A DNA stretch of 64,000 bases from an uncultured bacterium (GCA_965365445.1 CBDUBS010000001.1:13669-77668); one strand, 5' to 3'; shown: positions 38,484 through 48,917, counted from the first letter of the stretch. Numbers and translations are program-made. The notes: generated by a model not told the origin, from the letters alone.

Positions 38484-38883
38484 AGCGCGTTTTGAGAAAC
38501 TGACTACGGATCAGGCCCTCGGCGCTTTGTCGGTATTCCTCAAACGACTGCAAGACCAGACCGACATACTGCAGGGGGTTTTCCTTTCGGTCGGCCCGCA
38601 CGCAGTCTTCCAGAGAGGTGCAATGGGCCAGTACATCATCGGCGCCGACGTAATAGCTTCCCGACCGTAGCGCATGAGCCGCCGAAGCAACCGAAGTCAG
38701 GTCCCCCAGATCGGCGCAGCGACGAATCTCCTCTATGTAAGGATCGGAAGCATGGAGATAGGTTAGCAACATCTCCCGCAGGAATTCAGGATCGGTGGAG
38801 CCAAGGCGAACCGAGAGACGATCCAGAATGACCAGCGACTGAGCGTTTCCGGTTAACGGGTCTTCCGGGGGCTGATGTACCAT
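38464..38883 (-). CDS. Stand-alone Hpt (histidine phosphotransfer) domain protein
   Basis: 139 aa. SAAHALRSGSYYVGADDVLAHCTSLE resembles the Hpt H-x-L-K/R-G-S motif. Its 3' end overlaps the cupin 3' end by 20 nt. Confidence 0.55.
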   Translation of the reverse strand: MVHQPPEDPLTGNAQSLVILDRLSVRLGSTDPEFLREMLLTYLHASDPYIEEIRRCADLGDLTSVASAAHALRSGSYYVGADDVLAHCTSLEDCVRADRKENPLQYVGLVLQSFEEYRQSAEGLIRSQFLKTRSTPVSS

Positions 38884-39270
38884 GGCGTTGCACGGATATC
38901 GGGATGTTGGCAGGATGAAGCCGGAGTGGTAGGCTCTACAAACGCAACGGCCTTCTATGTGAACGAGCCGTCTGGAAACCGCTCGGGCGGTCAGGACTTC
39001 CAGAGCGCTTTATTACGCCAGAATCCACATTTGCCTGCGTGCGTATCTGCCATTGATGTTTCAAATTGTGTGCTGTGCTCCGTTGAATAGGGGAAACTTG
39101 CGCTTGAAACGTCTAACGTTTATCCCTCTGCTCTGTAAGCACGCACGCCGGGCATCTAAATTGCTACAGATATCTCAAATGAAGTTACGCTTAAAATCGG
39201 CTTGAAAGGAGCAGGTCGCCGAATTTTTAACGCGCTCAGCAACATGGATCGTATAGTAAAGGAGGAACGA

Positions 39271-40602
39271 ATGTACCTCGGAACAGACAGTAGGCGCGGT
39301 TTCATAAAAACGCTCGCGCTGGGTGCGGGCGCCCTGTATGCGGCGCCCGCCTCGAGTTATGCCCGCATCATAGGCGCCAACGAGCGGCTATCGATCGGAG
39401 TGGTCGGGGTTAACGGGCGGGGTCTTCAGCTGGCGCGGGTCATCACTTCGTTAGGCAATGCCGATGTGGCCTATGTGGCGGACGTAGACGAAAGAGCCCT
39501 CGCCAGGGCCGTAACGGCCGTGGGCGGAGCGCAGCCTGCTGCGCCGAAAGGCGTCCGGGACTTCCGCGCCATACTGGATGACCGCACGCTCGATGCCGTA
39601 GTCATCGCTACCCCCGACCACTGGCACGCCCCGGCCACCATCCTTGCCTGCTCCGCCGGAAAGCACGTCTATGTGGAAAAACCGGCCAGCCACAATGCGC
39701 GAGAGGGCGAACTCATGGTAGCGGCGGCGCGCAAGTACGATCGACTGGTTGAACTCGGAAACCAGCGTCGTTCGTGGCCTATCGTGATCGATGCCATTGC
39801 GGAAGTACATGGAGGTGCCATCGGTCCCGTATTTTACTCACGCTCGACGTATGCCCGCGCCCGCGATTCCATCGGGCAGGGCAAGGTAGCGCCCGTGCCG
39901 TCGTGGCTCGATTACGATTTGTGGCAGGGGCCGGCGCCCCGCGTCCCTTATCGCGACAACGTAATCCATTATAACTGGCACTGGTTCTGGCAGTGGGGCA
40001 CCGGCGAAGCGGGGAACAACGGGGTCCATACGATCGATCTCTCCCGGTGGGGCCTTGGGGTCGATTACCCGATGCGGGTTGCCGCCACGGGCGGACACTA
40101 TTTCTGGGACGACGATGCGGAAACCCCGGATACGCAGGCCCTGACATTCGAGTTTGCAGACGGTAAGTACATCCTGTGGGAAGGCCAGAGCGCCAACTCC
40201 TACGGCTTCGGCGGCGCCGGGGTAGAAGTAAGTTTCCACGGCAGAGAAGGGACTCTGGCCATAACGGGAAATGGATACAAGGTGTTTGATCGCCGGAACC
40301 GGCTCATCAGGGAGGTCAATGCCCAGAACGGGCCGAAAGCGGTGGATCGCAGCGGGAAAGAACTCAACCTGGACGGCGTCCATCTCGACAACTTCTTCCA
40401 GGGCATCCGGCAGGATGTGCGGCTCAACTCCAGCATAGAGGAAGGCCACAAAAGCACGTTGCTCTGTCACCTGGGTAACATATCGCACCGGACGGGAAGG
40501 ATCCTCCACTGCGATCCGACGAATGGACGCGTGGTGAACGACAAAGAGGCTATGGCGTTCTGGGAACGCAGCTACGCACCGGGCTGGGAACCCGTCGTGT
40601 AG
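39271..40602 (+). CDS. Tat-signal Gfo/Idh/MocA-family oxidoreductase
   Basis: AAGGAGG lies 6 nt upstream of the ATG at 39271. Twin-arginine motif SRRGFIKTLALGAGALYA and Rossmann start SIGVVGVNGRG. Track ORF start is at 39202. Confidence 0.85.
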   Translation: MYLGTDSRRGFIKTLALGAGALYAAPASSYARIIGANERLSIGVVGVNGRGLQLARVITSLGNADVAYVADVDERALARAVTAVGGAQPAAPKGVRDFRAILDDRTLDAVVIATPDHWHAPATILACSAGKHVYVEKPASHNAREGELMVAAARKYDRLVELGNQRRSWPIVIDAIAEVHGGAIGPVFYSRSTYARARDSIGQGKVAPVPSWLDYDLWQGPAPRVPYRDNVIHYNWHWFWQWGTGEAGNNGVHTIDLSRWGLGVDYPMRVAATGGHYFWDDDAETPDTQALTFEFADGKYILWEGQSANSYGFGGAGVEVSFHGREGTLAITGNGYKVFDRRNRLIREVNAQNGPKAVDRSGKELNLDGVHLDNFFQGIRQDVRLNSSIEEGHKSTLLCHLGNISHRTGRILHCDPTNGRVVNDKEAMAFWERSYAPGWEPVV

Positions 40603-40665
40603 GCCGGGCTTAGGGATGCGGCCGACCGATACCCTGCTCACTGCCTGCCCTCCTATCCAGACGTC

Positions 40666-41634
40666 TCAGAACCAGGAGTCGATATACCGAACAAAATCGT
40701 CGTACGTCTCTTCCAGCCATTCAGATACCTCGCGCAGTTTGTGCTGCCAACGTTCCACCGGAGTGAGTGGCGGAGATGCAGACGGCAGGGTAAACGTGGC
40801 CTTTACCATCCGATGGTCGCTGGTTTCGTCCGTATCGGGAAAATCACCCGGATGCTGAATAATCCAGGATTGGGCGGGCCATTCAAGGGCCGGCCCGCCC
40901 ACGAATACAAAGTCGAGGATGCTATTGTAGCGGCAACGCGCGTCCTCTCCATCGCCGACCCTGCTGCACTGCGTTGAAAGCAGCCGGCGGGGCCGCACCC
41001 ATCTGTATCGCCCTTCCGCGGTAAGCAGGTCGTATCCCCGATCGCGGCTTTTTCCGTTGCTCCGGACGTCCCAATCGAAGTTGTAATCTCCAACGGCGAT
41101 AACGGGTAACTTCTGGCCGGCAATCCAGGTGTTGAGTAACCGGGCCTGTCGGTGCCGCGCCGCTTCGTCGCTGCGATAGAGGTGGTTTACCATAAAGAGG
41201 AATTCCACGTTGGATTCGCGGTCCCGAAAGCGAGCCACGATGGGAGCACGCACATTGCCCCCCACATTGACGACCGGGATTTCAAACCAGGAAAGGAGTT
41301 CAAACCGTTTCACATCGAAAAGAATGGCCAGCCGGTCCGCTCCGCCGGAGCGACCGAGCAACGACTTGAACGGGGCCCCTTCGCCGATTGCCGCGGCGCG
41401 CTCAAACGGCGCCGCCCAACGGCCGGATACTTCCGTCAGGCCCCACAGATCCACCCCTACGGCGCTGCCCAATCGGGACGTAAGCGTTTTTACCTCCGAC
41501 CCACCGGACTCAACATTCCACGTAGTTACCGTCAACGCAACCTGGGCGGCGGCGGGCGGCGCCATCACGCACAACGCAGCGATAATTATGACATGCCGTA
41601 TGCGGTAAAATGAGTGGGTCGATGCAGCAAACAT
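40666..41634 (-). CDS. Secreted endonuclease/exonuclease/phosphatase (EEP) fold protein
   Basis: Signal IIIAALCVMAPPAAAQ, then TWNVESGGS..., VGDYNFDW and SDHRMV, typical of the EEP family. Confidence 0.7.
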   Translation of the reverse strand: MFAASTHSFYRIRHVIIIAALCVMAPPAAAQVALTVTTWNVESGGSEVKTLTSRLGSAVGVDLWGLTEVSGRWAAPFERAAAIGEGAPFKSLLGRSGGADRLAILFDVKRFELLSWFEIPVVNVGGNVRAPIVARFRDRESNVEFLFMVNHLYRSDEAARHRQARLLNTWIAGQKLPVIAVGDYNFDWDVRSNGKSRDRGYDLLTAEGRYRWVRPRRLLSTQCSRVGDGEDARCRYNSILDFVFVGGPALEWPAQSWIIQHPGDFPDTDETSDHRMVKATFTLPSASPPLTPVERWQHKLREVSEWLEETYDDFVRYIDSWF

Positions 41635-41664
41635 GCTTCCTGATAACCTGAATCAGTGGGTAAG

Positions 41665-44600
41665 TCATCCCTGTTCCGGAACGACGGGCAAAAGCACCCA
41701 GAAGGATGAACCTTCGTTCTCGGTCGTCTCGAAGCCGATAGTGCCTCCAAAATCCTCGGCGCTTTTTCGGGCAATGGCCAGACCGAGACCGGTACCGCTT
41801 GTTTTGGTCGAGAAGTTAGGCTGGAAAATCTTCTCGACAAGATCCTCCGAAACACCGTGGCCGTTATCCTCGATGGTCGTCCGGGCCCAATCCTGTCCGT
41901 CGATCCGCTCCGGGGAGGTTTCGACACGGACAAGCCCGGTACGGCCGGGGGGTATGGCCTCCATGGCATTTTTTATGAGGTTGATAAAGATGCGCCGCAC
42001 TTCTTCGCGATCCGCTTCAACGATAAGAGGCTGTAGAGCGGTTGTGGAATGAATTTCCACCGCAGCATCTTCCTGCATCAACGATACGGCTTCGGTAACT
42101 ACTTCATTCAAATCGAGTTGTTCGAGCACCCTCGTCGGCATACGGGCAAAGGAGTGAAAATCGTTGGCAATGCGAGCCAGTGCATCGATCTGTTCGATAA
42201 GGGTGGATGTGATCCGGTCGAAAAGCCCGGTAAACTTCCGAGCGGCATCCACTTCCGGCTCCCGCCCTTCGTCCAGCGAAACGAACGCACGCCGGAGATG
42301 CTGTACGGATAGCTTCATCGGAGTGAGCGGGTTCTTGATCTCGTGGGCAACCTGGCGGGCCATTTCTCTCCAGGCGAGCTGCCGTTCCTGCTGGGCCAGC
42401 GCCCTTCGGCTTTCCGCAAGCTGCTGCTGCATGGCGTTGAACGTCTCTACGAGTTCTCCGATTTCGTCCCGGGAATCCACCGGAATGGCTTGCTGGAAGC
42501 GCCCGCGGGCCACCGCAAGCAGTCCGACGCGCAAACGCCCGATGGGACGTGCTATGGCATTGGCCAGCAGGGATGCCGTCAGCAGTACGACGAGGACGAG
42601 CAGCAACAACGCTCCGAAAAGATAAGCCAGCGTTCTCGCCTGCTCTTCTTCCAACCGCTCCTGTTGCGCCAGGGTGGGTACCGCGAGCACGTACCTGGGG
42701 CGGCCGCTTTCATCCAGCAAGGCTCGGTAGCCCGATTTATACGAAAAACTACCCAGCTTCTCGCCGGCAACGAAAAACCGTATCCCGTCTACGTATAGTG
42801 CTTTGTAGGCCTCTATGGAGAGGCGTCGATCGATCAGGCGGTCGCGAACCAGTTGAGGGCGACTCGACGCGACGAGCTCGTAGTTTCGGTACACGTTGAG
42901 TTCAAGCCCGACGCGGGCGGCCAGTGAGTCGATTTGAATCCGGTCCAGTACGTGGTAAGGCATCTCGTCCGCGCCGGTAGCAAGGGCGAGCGATTCCTCT
43001 ACCCGCTCCAGGTTTTGCCTCAACCAGTTCTGGACGTAGTTCTCCTCGCCCTCCCTGATAAACTCGCGTCCGACGATACCCACCGCGCCAACGGATATGA
43101 TCCCAACGGCCATAAAGGCATTCAGTACCTTGTCGCGAAACCGAACCCTGTACAAGGGTATCATACCGGCACGACGCCGAAGCCAGAGACCCAGAAGGTA
43201 AAAAGGAAAGCCGAGGACGACCCCGACCCCCGTCAAGCGCAGCAGGTAGTACAGGTGGTCGAACGAGTTGAGCGAGGGAACCCGAACGGCCACTACGGTA
43301 TCGTAGGAGGGGGAGAGCAACGGCACGGTTCCGGCCTGCGCCGCCTTTTTGCGGTAATGGGTCAGGTAAGATGCTTCGCCCTGATCGACGCGTCTCCATA
43401 TCTCATGATCGGCCAGTAGCGCTCGCCGAACGTCCTCCGCCAGGCGATAACGGCCAAAATCCTGCCCTATACTCCGAACCAGTATGCCGTTTCTAAATTC
43501 CGCCAGAGATACGGTGCCCTGCAGCGTGCCGGAAAAAGCCGCCGGCAACAACACGCGCGGAAAAGGCGTTTCCGCAAAGCCCATCAGTACCTGCGGCTCG
43601 GCCCGGGCCATCACCCACCCGTGCGATCCTTCCTGACCGACCGGGACGATACCTACGTATTGAAACCGATCGCGCTCCACACGGCCGGTGAGTTGTTCCA
43701 CCATCATACCAGTCGAGCCCTGTTCGGCATACATGGCTCGCAACACGTCGAATGTAGCCGAATCCTGCTGAGACAGGGTGACGCGGCCTGCCACCTGTTC
43801 GGCTTCGTAGTAACTTCCTACCGGCTTCCCCTCCGCATTGACGAATGCAAGCCCGACATCGTAGGGGCCCAGCGAGGCAAGCAGTGTCGTGCGGACGATT
43901 TCCGTTGCCAGAGAATCCAGCACATCCTGCGCCGCTGGTTCGGAACTCTCCTCCGCAAGCAATTCAGATAAGCCGTGAACCCCCCGGGCCTGAGCCAGAG
44001 CCTGCTCTATGGCAAATAACGCTTTCGGGTCTTTCCCTTCTTCGAACGACTCCAGGGCGCTCAGCATAATGATGCGCCGCCGGGCATCCATTCCACTGTA
44101 AAGCACAGGGTATAGAAGCACTGATGACAAGAACGTGAGGAGGAGTATACCCCGCACCGTGAAAAAGGGAAGCATACTGCCCCGTTGCACCGTCCGGTGG
44201 TACGCCAGCAATGCCGAGACGCCCAGCATAACGACCAGGATCGGCCAGGGCATTTCCCGATGCAGGGCAAAAAGCATATAGGCCAGAAACGACGGCGCGC
44301 CAATGAGAACCAAATGGACCAGTACCTCGCGCGACAGCCCGATTTTTCCGTGAGCGCCTCTGGAAAAGGTTCTAACGACCGGCGCGAGCAAACCGGCTAT
44401 AGACAGCAAAAGAGAAACCATGACCAACTGTAAAGCGGCAACCACCACCAGAATGAGTCGGTCGGCTCGCGGCGGTATGAGTCCGCTTCGCGAGAAATAG
44501 TCCAGCGTGCTATCCAGTACGGCATGGCGGACGACGACGGCCAGTGCCAGCGTCAGTCCAACGGCCAGTAGCACCAGCAAAGGGTGAAACCAGCGTATCC

Positions 44601-45843
44601 GCCCATCCTCCCCGAAACGCGATTTCTCGTCGCGGGCGGCGCCCGAATCACCGCGTTTTCCAACCATCAGATAGAAGAAAACAGAGGCGAAGCAGGCAAA
44701 AAAGAGGGCCGTTATCAACAGGTCTCCCGGAGAGCGCATCAGGCCTCCTCCGATAACCGATGCCAGATGGGCCGGATCGAATAGCGGGGCCAGCGGGGCT
44801 TTGCCGGTCTGCCAGCGGGCAGGTATTTCCCACCATAAAAGCATGAAGCGAACTCCCCACCACACACCGGCCCAGACAAAAAACCATACGGTCGCCGGAG
44901 TGCGGCTCAACCGTGACGCGGGGGGATGGATCGCCTGAAAGAAACCATAAAGAACGAGCGCACTTATCCAGAGCAGAAGCAAGAGGACCCAGAAGGCCAG
45001 CAAGTCCTCGGCCCGGCGCCCCGCATCGCCGATCAATGCCTCGGCCGACGGCGCCTGCACGAACACCCTTCCAAGCATCTCCCCGCCCACACCCTGAAGC
45101 AACCGCGTGTACCCGTCGCTGATCGATATGTCGGCATCGAACGGAGCGAACTCGATACGAACCGGAAGACCGACCTTCCCACTCCAGTAGGATGCCAGGT
45201 TATAGTCGCGCAGGTACTCGTTCTGAACCGGAGATCGAAGTTGTACGAAGCGCAAGAGGCGAACGGCTCCGATCACCTTACCCCCCTTCCTTACGGGCTG
45301 CCATACCGCAACCGCCGCGCGCACGTCCTTATCCAGAGCAATGGATGTCTGTGTGGTCTCCAGAAAACGCAGGGTATTCGGGGCATCATCCAGCGGCATA
45401 CTGTTCCCTTTCCAGGCTACCATGGCCGGCGAAAGATCATAGATTTCCACCGCCGTGCGTTCGGGAAGGGAAAGCGTGGATATGAACCGTATCAGGCGAT
45501 CTCGTTCTTCGGGCCGGATGGCCGGCTGCTGATCCGGCAGCGCGCCGACGACGGCCGGGCTGCGGCTCAGGTAGGTAGCCGTCCCTGTCATATCATCGAG
45601 CATTCGGGAGAAATCCCCTTCGATGAACTTGAAGGCGCGCGCTACGACCTGAGCGCGTTTCTCCGGAATCGAGCGAGCGACGCGATTGACCAGCACATGA
45701 CGGGTGATCGCCGTGGCCAGGATCACCAGAAGCAGAACGGCAGATACGGCCGCGATCAGAAGCCGACGCCTTTTATATATAATAGCCGAGGGCGACGGAG
45801 TGAGATCCATGATGGCCGAGAGTGGGCGGCGTTCAGGCAGCAA
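41665..45843 (-). CDS. Giant polytopic NtrY-type sensor histidine kinase (multi-TM sensor, HAMP, HisKA, HATPase)
   Basis: 1392 aa. At least 11 hydrophobic segments are separated by three large loops. A HAMP-like linker (DEIGELVETFNAMQQQL) is followed by H-box AHEIKNPLTPM and the HATPase motif (DNGHGV...GTGLGLAIA). Confidence 0.85.
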   Translation of the reverse strand: MLPERRPLSAIMDLTPSPSAIIYKRRRLLIAAVSAVLLLVILATAITRHVLVNRVARSIPEKRAQVVARAFKFIEGDFSRMLDDMTGTATYLSRSPAVVGALPDQQPAIRPEERDRLIRFISTLSLPERTAVEIYDLSPAMVAWKGNSMPLDDAPNTLRFLETTQTSIALDKDVRAAVAVWQPVRKGGKVIGAVRLLRFVQLRSPVQNEYLRDYNLASYWSGKVGLPVRIEFAPFDADISISDGYTRLLQGVGGEMLGRVFVQAPSAEALIGDAGRRAEDLLAFWVLLLLLWISALVLYGFFQAIHPPASRLSRTPATVWFFVWAGVWWGVRFMLLWWEIPARWQTGKAPLAPLFDPAHLASVIGGGLMRSPGDLLITALFFACFASVFFYLMVGKRGDSGAARDEKSRFGEDGRIRWFHPLLVLLAVGLTLALAVVVRHAVLDSTLDYFSRSGLIPPRADRLILVVVAALQLVMVSLLLSIAGLLAPVVRTFSRGAHGKIGLSREVLVHLVLIGAPSFLAYMLFALHREMPWPILVVMLGVSALLAYHRTVQRGSMLPFFTVRGILLLTFLSSVLLYPVLYSGMDARRRIIMLSALESFEEGKDPKALFAIEQALAQARGVHGLSELLAEESSEPAAQDVLDSLATEIVRTTLLASLGPYDVGLAFVNAEGKPVGSYYEAEQVAGRVTLSQQDSATFDVLRAMYAEQGSTGMMVEQLTGRVERDRFQYVGIVPVGQEGSHGWVMARAEPQVLMGFAETPFPRVLLPAAFSGTLQGTVSLAEFRNGILVRSIGQDFGRYRLAEDVRRALLADHEIWRRVDQGEASYLTHYRKKAAQAGTVPLLSPSYDTVVAVRVPSLNSFDHLYYLLRLTGVGVVLGFPFYLLGLWLRRRAGMIPLYRVRFRDKVLNAFMAVGIISVGAVGIVGREFIREGEENYVQNWLRQNLERVEESLALATGADEMPYHVLDRIQIDSLAARVGLELNVYRNYELVASSRPQLVRDRLIDRRLSIEAYKALYVDGIRFFVAGEKLGSFSYKSGYRALLDESGRPRYVLAVPTLAQQERLEEEQARTLAYLFGALLLLVLVVLLTASLLANAIARPIGRLRVGLLAVARGRFQQAIPVDSRDEIGELVETFNAMQQQLAESRRALAQQERQLAWREMARQVAHEIKNPLTPMKLSVQHLRRAFVSLDEGREPEVDAARKFTGLFDRITSTLIEQIDALARIANDFHSFARMPTRVLEQLDLNEVVTEAVSLMQEDAAVEIHSTTALQPLIVEADREEVRRIFINLIKNAMEAIPPGRTGLVRVETSPERIDGQDWARTTIEDNGHGVSEDLVEKIFQPNFSTKTSGTGLGLAIARKSAEDFGGTIGFETTENEGSSFWVLLPVVPEQG

Positions 45844-45870
45844 ACGAGTTGTTGTTGCAATGGGCTGCGC

Positions 45871-46335
45871 TTACTCCCGGTTGCGTCGTTCTATCCGGAT
45901 CTCGCGCAATTCCCACAGGGTATCGCGCATCCTCAACCTGAAAAATAGCTGAAACGGAGCCTCCTTGACTGCATATCGATACGCTCCAACCACAAACAGG
46001 CTGCTTTCATTCCGGGATGGCCGAAAAAAAACTACTTTATCCGGTGGGTACTCCTTGAAAAACCCCTGTAGAACATACTGCGCTTGCGCCCGACTATACA
46101 GCGTGCCCGGACCAAACAGAGCAATTTCCAGATGGTCTGCGGATCGATCGAGAACCGCTGCCGCATCGCTTCTTGCGAAAGCATGTTGAACGGCGGAGAG
46201 TATTTCCTCCCCCCTTACCTGTGCACCGGCCCGACCGACGCCTCCGAAAACGAACAATGCCGTCAGACCGATGTAAAGGGCCAGGGTTGGCCTTCTCGAC
46301 GAGAAAATCGGGCGCTCGATATACGTACGCTTCAT
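45871..46335 (-). CDS. DUF4783-like exported protein
   Basis: 154 aa. Signal/anchor LALYIGLTALFVFGGVGRAGAQ, and YSRAQAQYVLQGFFKEYPP...FRLR...W.LREIRIE matches my recollection of DUF4783. Confidence 0.55.
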   Translation of the reverse strand: MKRTYIERPIFSSRRPTLALYIGLTALFVFGGVGRAGAQVRGEEILSAVQHAFARSDAAAVLDRSADHLEIALFGPGTLYSRAQAQYVLQGFFKEYPPDKVVFFRPSRNESSLFVVGAYRYAVKEAPFQLFFRLRMRDTLWELREIRIERRNRE

Positions 46336-46462
46336 ATCCTGATATTTTCACTGCTTGTATGCTTCGCGCTCGTCCCCAGGTTAGAAGGGGGCAGTCACCT
46401 ACCGTGTACGGCGTCGCTGCACTACTTCATTGCATAGATTGTGCCATCTGACCCGGGGAAAC

Positions 46463-46927
46463 CTATCTTTCACCTGTCGGCGCCAGGAGCGCAGGAGAAA
46501 TGCCCATCCGAATGGTTTCGGCTGCCAGTTTAAGCAGACGCTTCTGCTCGGTCCAGCGAGTCCGGAGTGCTGCCGTTTCGACCGGCAACCATTCGAAGGC
46601 ATCATGTTCTTCGTTTAACTCGGGGTCTTTATCCATTTCCGCCGCAAAGGCAGGGATCAAGTTAATCCGGTCGGCCTGCCACTCGTAAAAGGTGTTGATG
46701 GAAGGGATGACCCAGAACTTCAGGGGCCTGCAATGTGTCTCTTCCGATAATTCTCGCAGTCCGGCCTGCCAGGCCGTTTCTCCGGCCCTTATTTTTCCGC
46801 CAACCATACGCCACTCTCCCGAATAAAGCGTACCGTCGGCGCGATGCAGCATCAGGAACTCGACCTTATTGTCGGCGCGTATCCAATATGGATACACATC
46901 GACAGCGCGAATGACGGCATCAGGCAT
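46463..46927 (-). CDS. NUDIX hydrolase
   Basis: Nudix box GGKIRAGETAWQAGLRELSEETH. Confidence 0.8.
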   Translation of the reverse strand: MPDAVIRAVDVYPYWIRADNKVEFLMLHRADGTLYSGEWRMVGGKIRAGETAWQAGLRELSEETHCRPLKFWVIPSINTFYEWQADRINLIPAFAAEMDKDPELNEEHDAFEWLPVETAALRTRWTEQKRLLKLAAETIRMGISPALLAPTGER

Positions 46928-47073
46928 GATGGTTTATACTCGTGAATCGATCGAACCCGTATTTTCGTTCCGGCGCCAAAAACACCTGTTCATACCGGCG
47001 CCGGCGAGGAAGGGTTGTTGATCCATTAATTCTGTTTCTTACGCATTGAGGAAGGCTGAAGCCAACCGCTTAC

Positions 47074-48705
47074 ATGCAATATATCAATACGTATCGCGCC
47101 GTTCTCATTTGTTTGCTGCCGGTCTTTCCGGCCCATACCGGCGCCGTCACGGCGGAGACGCTCCCCAGGGGCGTCGATGTGCTCCATTATCGGTTCGACC
47201 TGTCTCTGCCGGATGAGGGAGATGAAATAACCGGCACGGCCCATCTCCGCGTCCGGTTTACCCTGAGTGGGCGTTCCCATTTCGAAGTCGATCTCGTCGG
47301 CAGGTCCGTCGCATCGAAAACAGGCATGATCGTATCGGAGGTGCTTCAGGACGGCCGCCCGATTGATTTCAACCATCGCGACGATCATATCCGTATCCCC
47401 CTGACCCGTCCGTCCGTGGCCGGCGAAGAACGCACCTACCGAATTCAGTATAGAGGAACCCCGGAAGACGGATTGATCATTGCGCGCAACAAACACGGAG
47501 ATCGAACCTTTTTTGGAGACAACTGGCCTGACCGAGCCCGTTACTGGCTGCCCGTGGTCGATCATCCCTCCGATAAAGCTACCGTTGAATTTATCGTTAC
47601 TGCACCCGACGCGTATCAGGTAATCGCCAACGGACGTCTGATCGAAGAGACCAGCCTCCCGGATCATCTCAAACTTACCCATTGGAGTTCGACCGTTCCG
47701 TTGCCAACCAAAGTAATGGTTATCGGCGCCGCCCGCTTTGCCGTAGAGCACCGCGGAGAGGTCGGAGGGGTTCCGGTTGAAAGCTGGGTGTATACGCAAG
47801 ACCGGGCGCCCGGCTTTGCCGATTTTGCACCGGCCGATTCCATTCTGGCATTCTTTGTCCGCTATATAGGGCCATACCCGTTCGAAAAACTGGCCAATGT
47901 TCAATCTACGACCCGGTATGGAGGGATGGAAAACGCCGGCGCCATTTTCTACACCGAGGACGCCATAACAGGCAGACAGGCTATCGACGGGTTGCTCGCT
48001 CATGAAATCGCCCATCAGTGGTTCGGCGATGCCGTAACGGAATCGGATTGGCCGCATATCTGGTTGAGCGAGGGGTTTGCTACGTACTTCGCTGCTTTGT
48101 ATCACGAAGCACGTTTCGGTGCTGTTAGGCTACGTGAGGAAATGGAGGCAGCCCGGCGTGCGGTAATTCGGTTTTCAGCCGGCGCTCCTCACACCACAGT
48201 CGTCGATACAACCATAACGGACCTCAATACGCTGCTCAGCCCGATCAGCTACCAGAAAGGTGCGTGGGTGCTCCATATGCTGCGCCAGCAGGTAGGGGAT
48301 TCACTTTTTCAGGCCGGCATCCAATCGTTTTACACGAAGCACCGTAACCGGAATGCCGGAACCGAGGACTTCAGGCTTATTATGGAGGAGGTTTCCGGAA
48401 GGAATCTGGGGCCCTTCTTCTCTCAGTGGCTTCGCAAACCGGGTCAGCCTCGCCTGACGGGGTCCTGGACCTACAACAACGAAAAGCAACAGGTAGAGAT
48501 TACCATCGAGCAGGTCCAGCAGCCGCTATTCCGGTTTCCCCTCGAGATCGGGATCGAGGAGAAGGCGGGGCAAGCGCGTCTCGAACGGATCGAAATAACG
48601 GATCGTAAAACGCAAGTCGCATTGGAAGCGAAATCGCCCCCCGTGCGCGTCAGCCTCGATCCGCGGACCGTTTTACTTTACGAGGGTGAACTACGAAAAC
48701 GTTGA
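47074..48705 (+). CDS. M1-family metallopeptidase (aminopeptidase N-like), exported
   Basis: GAMEN-like GGMENAG, LAHEIAHQWFGD and WLSEGFATYF (HExxH-x18-E), plus an N-terminal signal. Confidence 0.9.
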   Translation: MQYINTYRAVLICLLPVFPAHTGAVTAETLPRGVDVLHYRFDLSLPDEGDEITGTAHLRVRFTLSGRSHFEVDLVGRSVASKTGMIVSEVLQDGRPIDFNHRDDHIRIPLTRPSVAGEERTYRIQYRGTPEDGLIIARNKHGDRTFFGDNWPDRARYWLPVVDHPSDKATVEFIVTAPDAYQVIANGRLIEETSLPDHLKLTHWSSTVPLPTKVMVIGAARFAVEHRGEVGGVPVESWVYTQDRAPGFADFAPADSILAFFVRYIGPYPFEKLANVQSTTRYGGMENAGAIFYTEDAITGRQAIDGLLAHEIAHQWFGDAVTESDWPHIWLSEGFATYFAALYHEARFGAVRLREEMEAARRAVIRFSAGAPHTTVVDTTITDLNTLLSPISYQKGAWVLHMLRQQVGDSLFQAGIQSFYTKHRNRNAGTEDFRLIMEEVSGRNLGPFFSQWLRKPGQPRLTGSWTYNNEKQQVEITIEQVQQPLFRFPLEIGIEEKAGQARLERIEITDRKTQVALEAKSPPVRVSLDPRTVLLYEGELRKR

Positions 48706-48917
48706 AGCAGCGATGCGGGTGTTTCGGACGGGCCGCCGGAGCGCGAAAAGAGGTTTGCGAAGCACCGAATCCGGTTACAGGCCCTTACCGGATATTTATC
48801 CGAACAAGCTACATACTTTCGTGACATACAGCGGCCGGCAAGTGGTTACCATTCTTGCAGAAAACGCTCGCCGGTTCGCCCGGCGGTACACTCAAGGGTT
48901 AACGCTGCGAGGAACCT

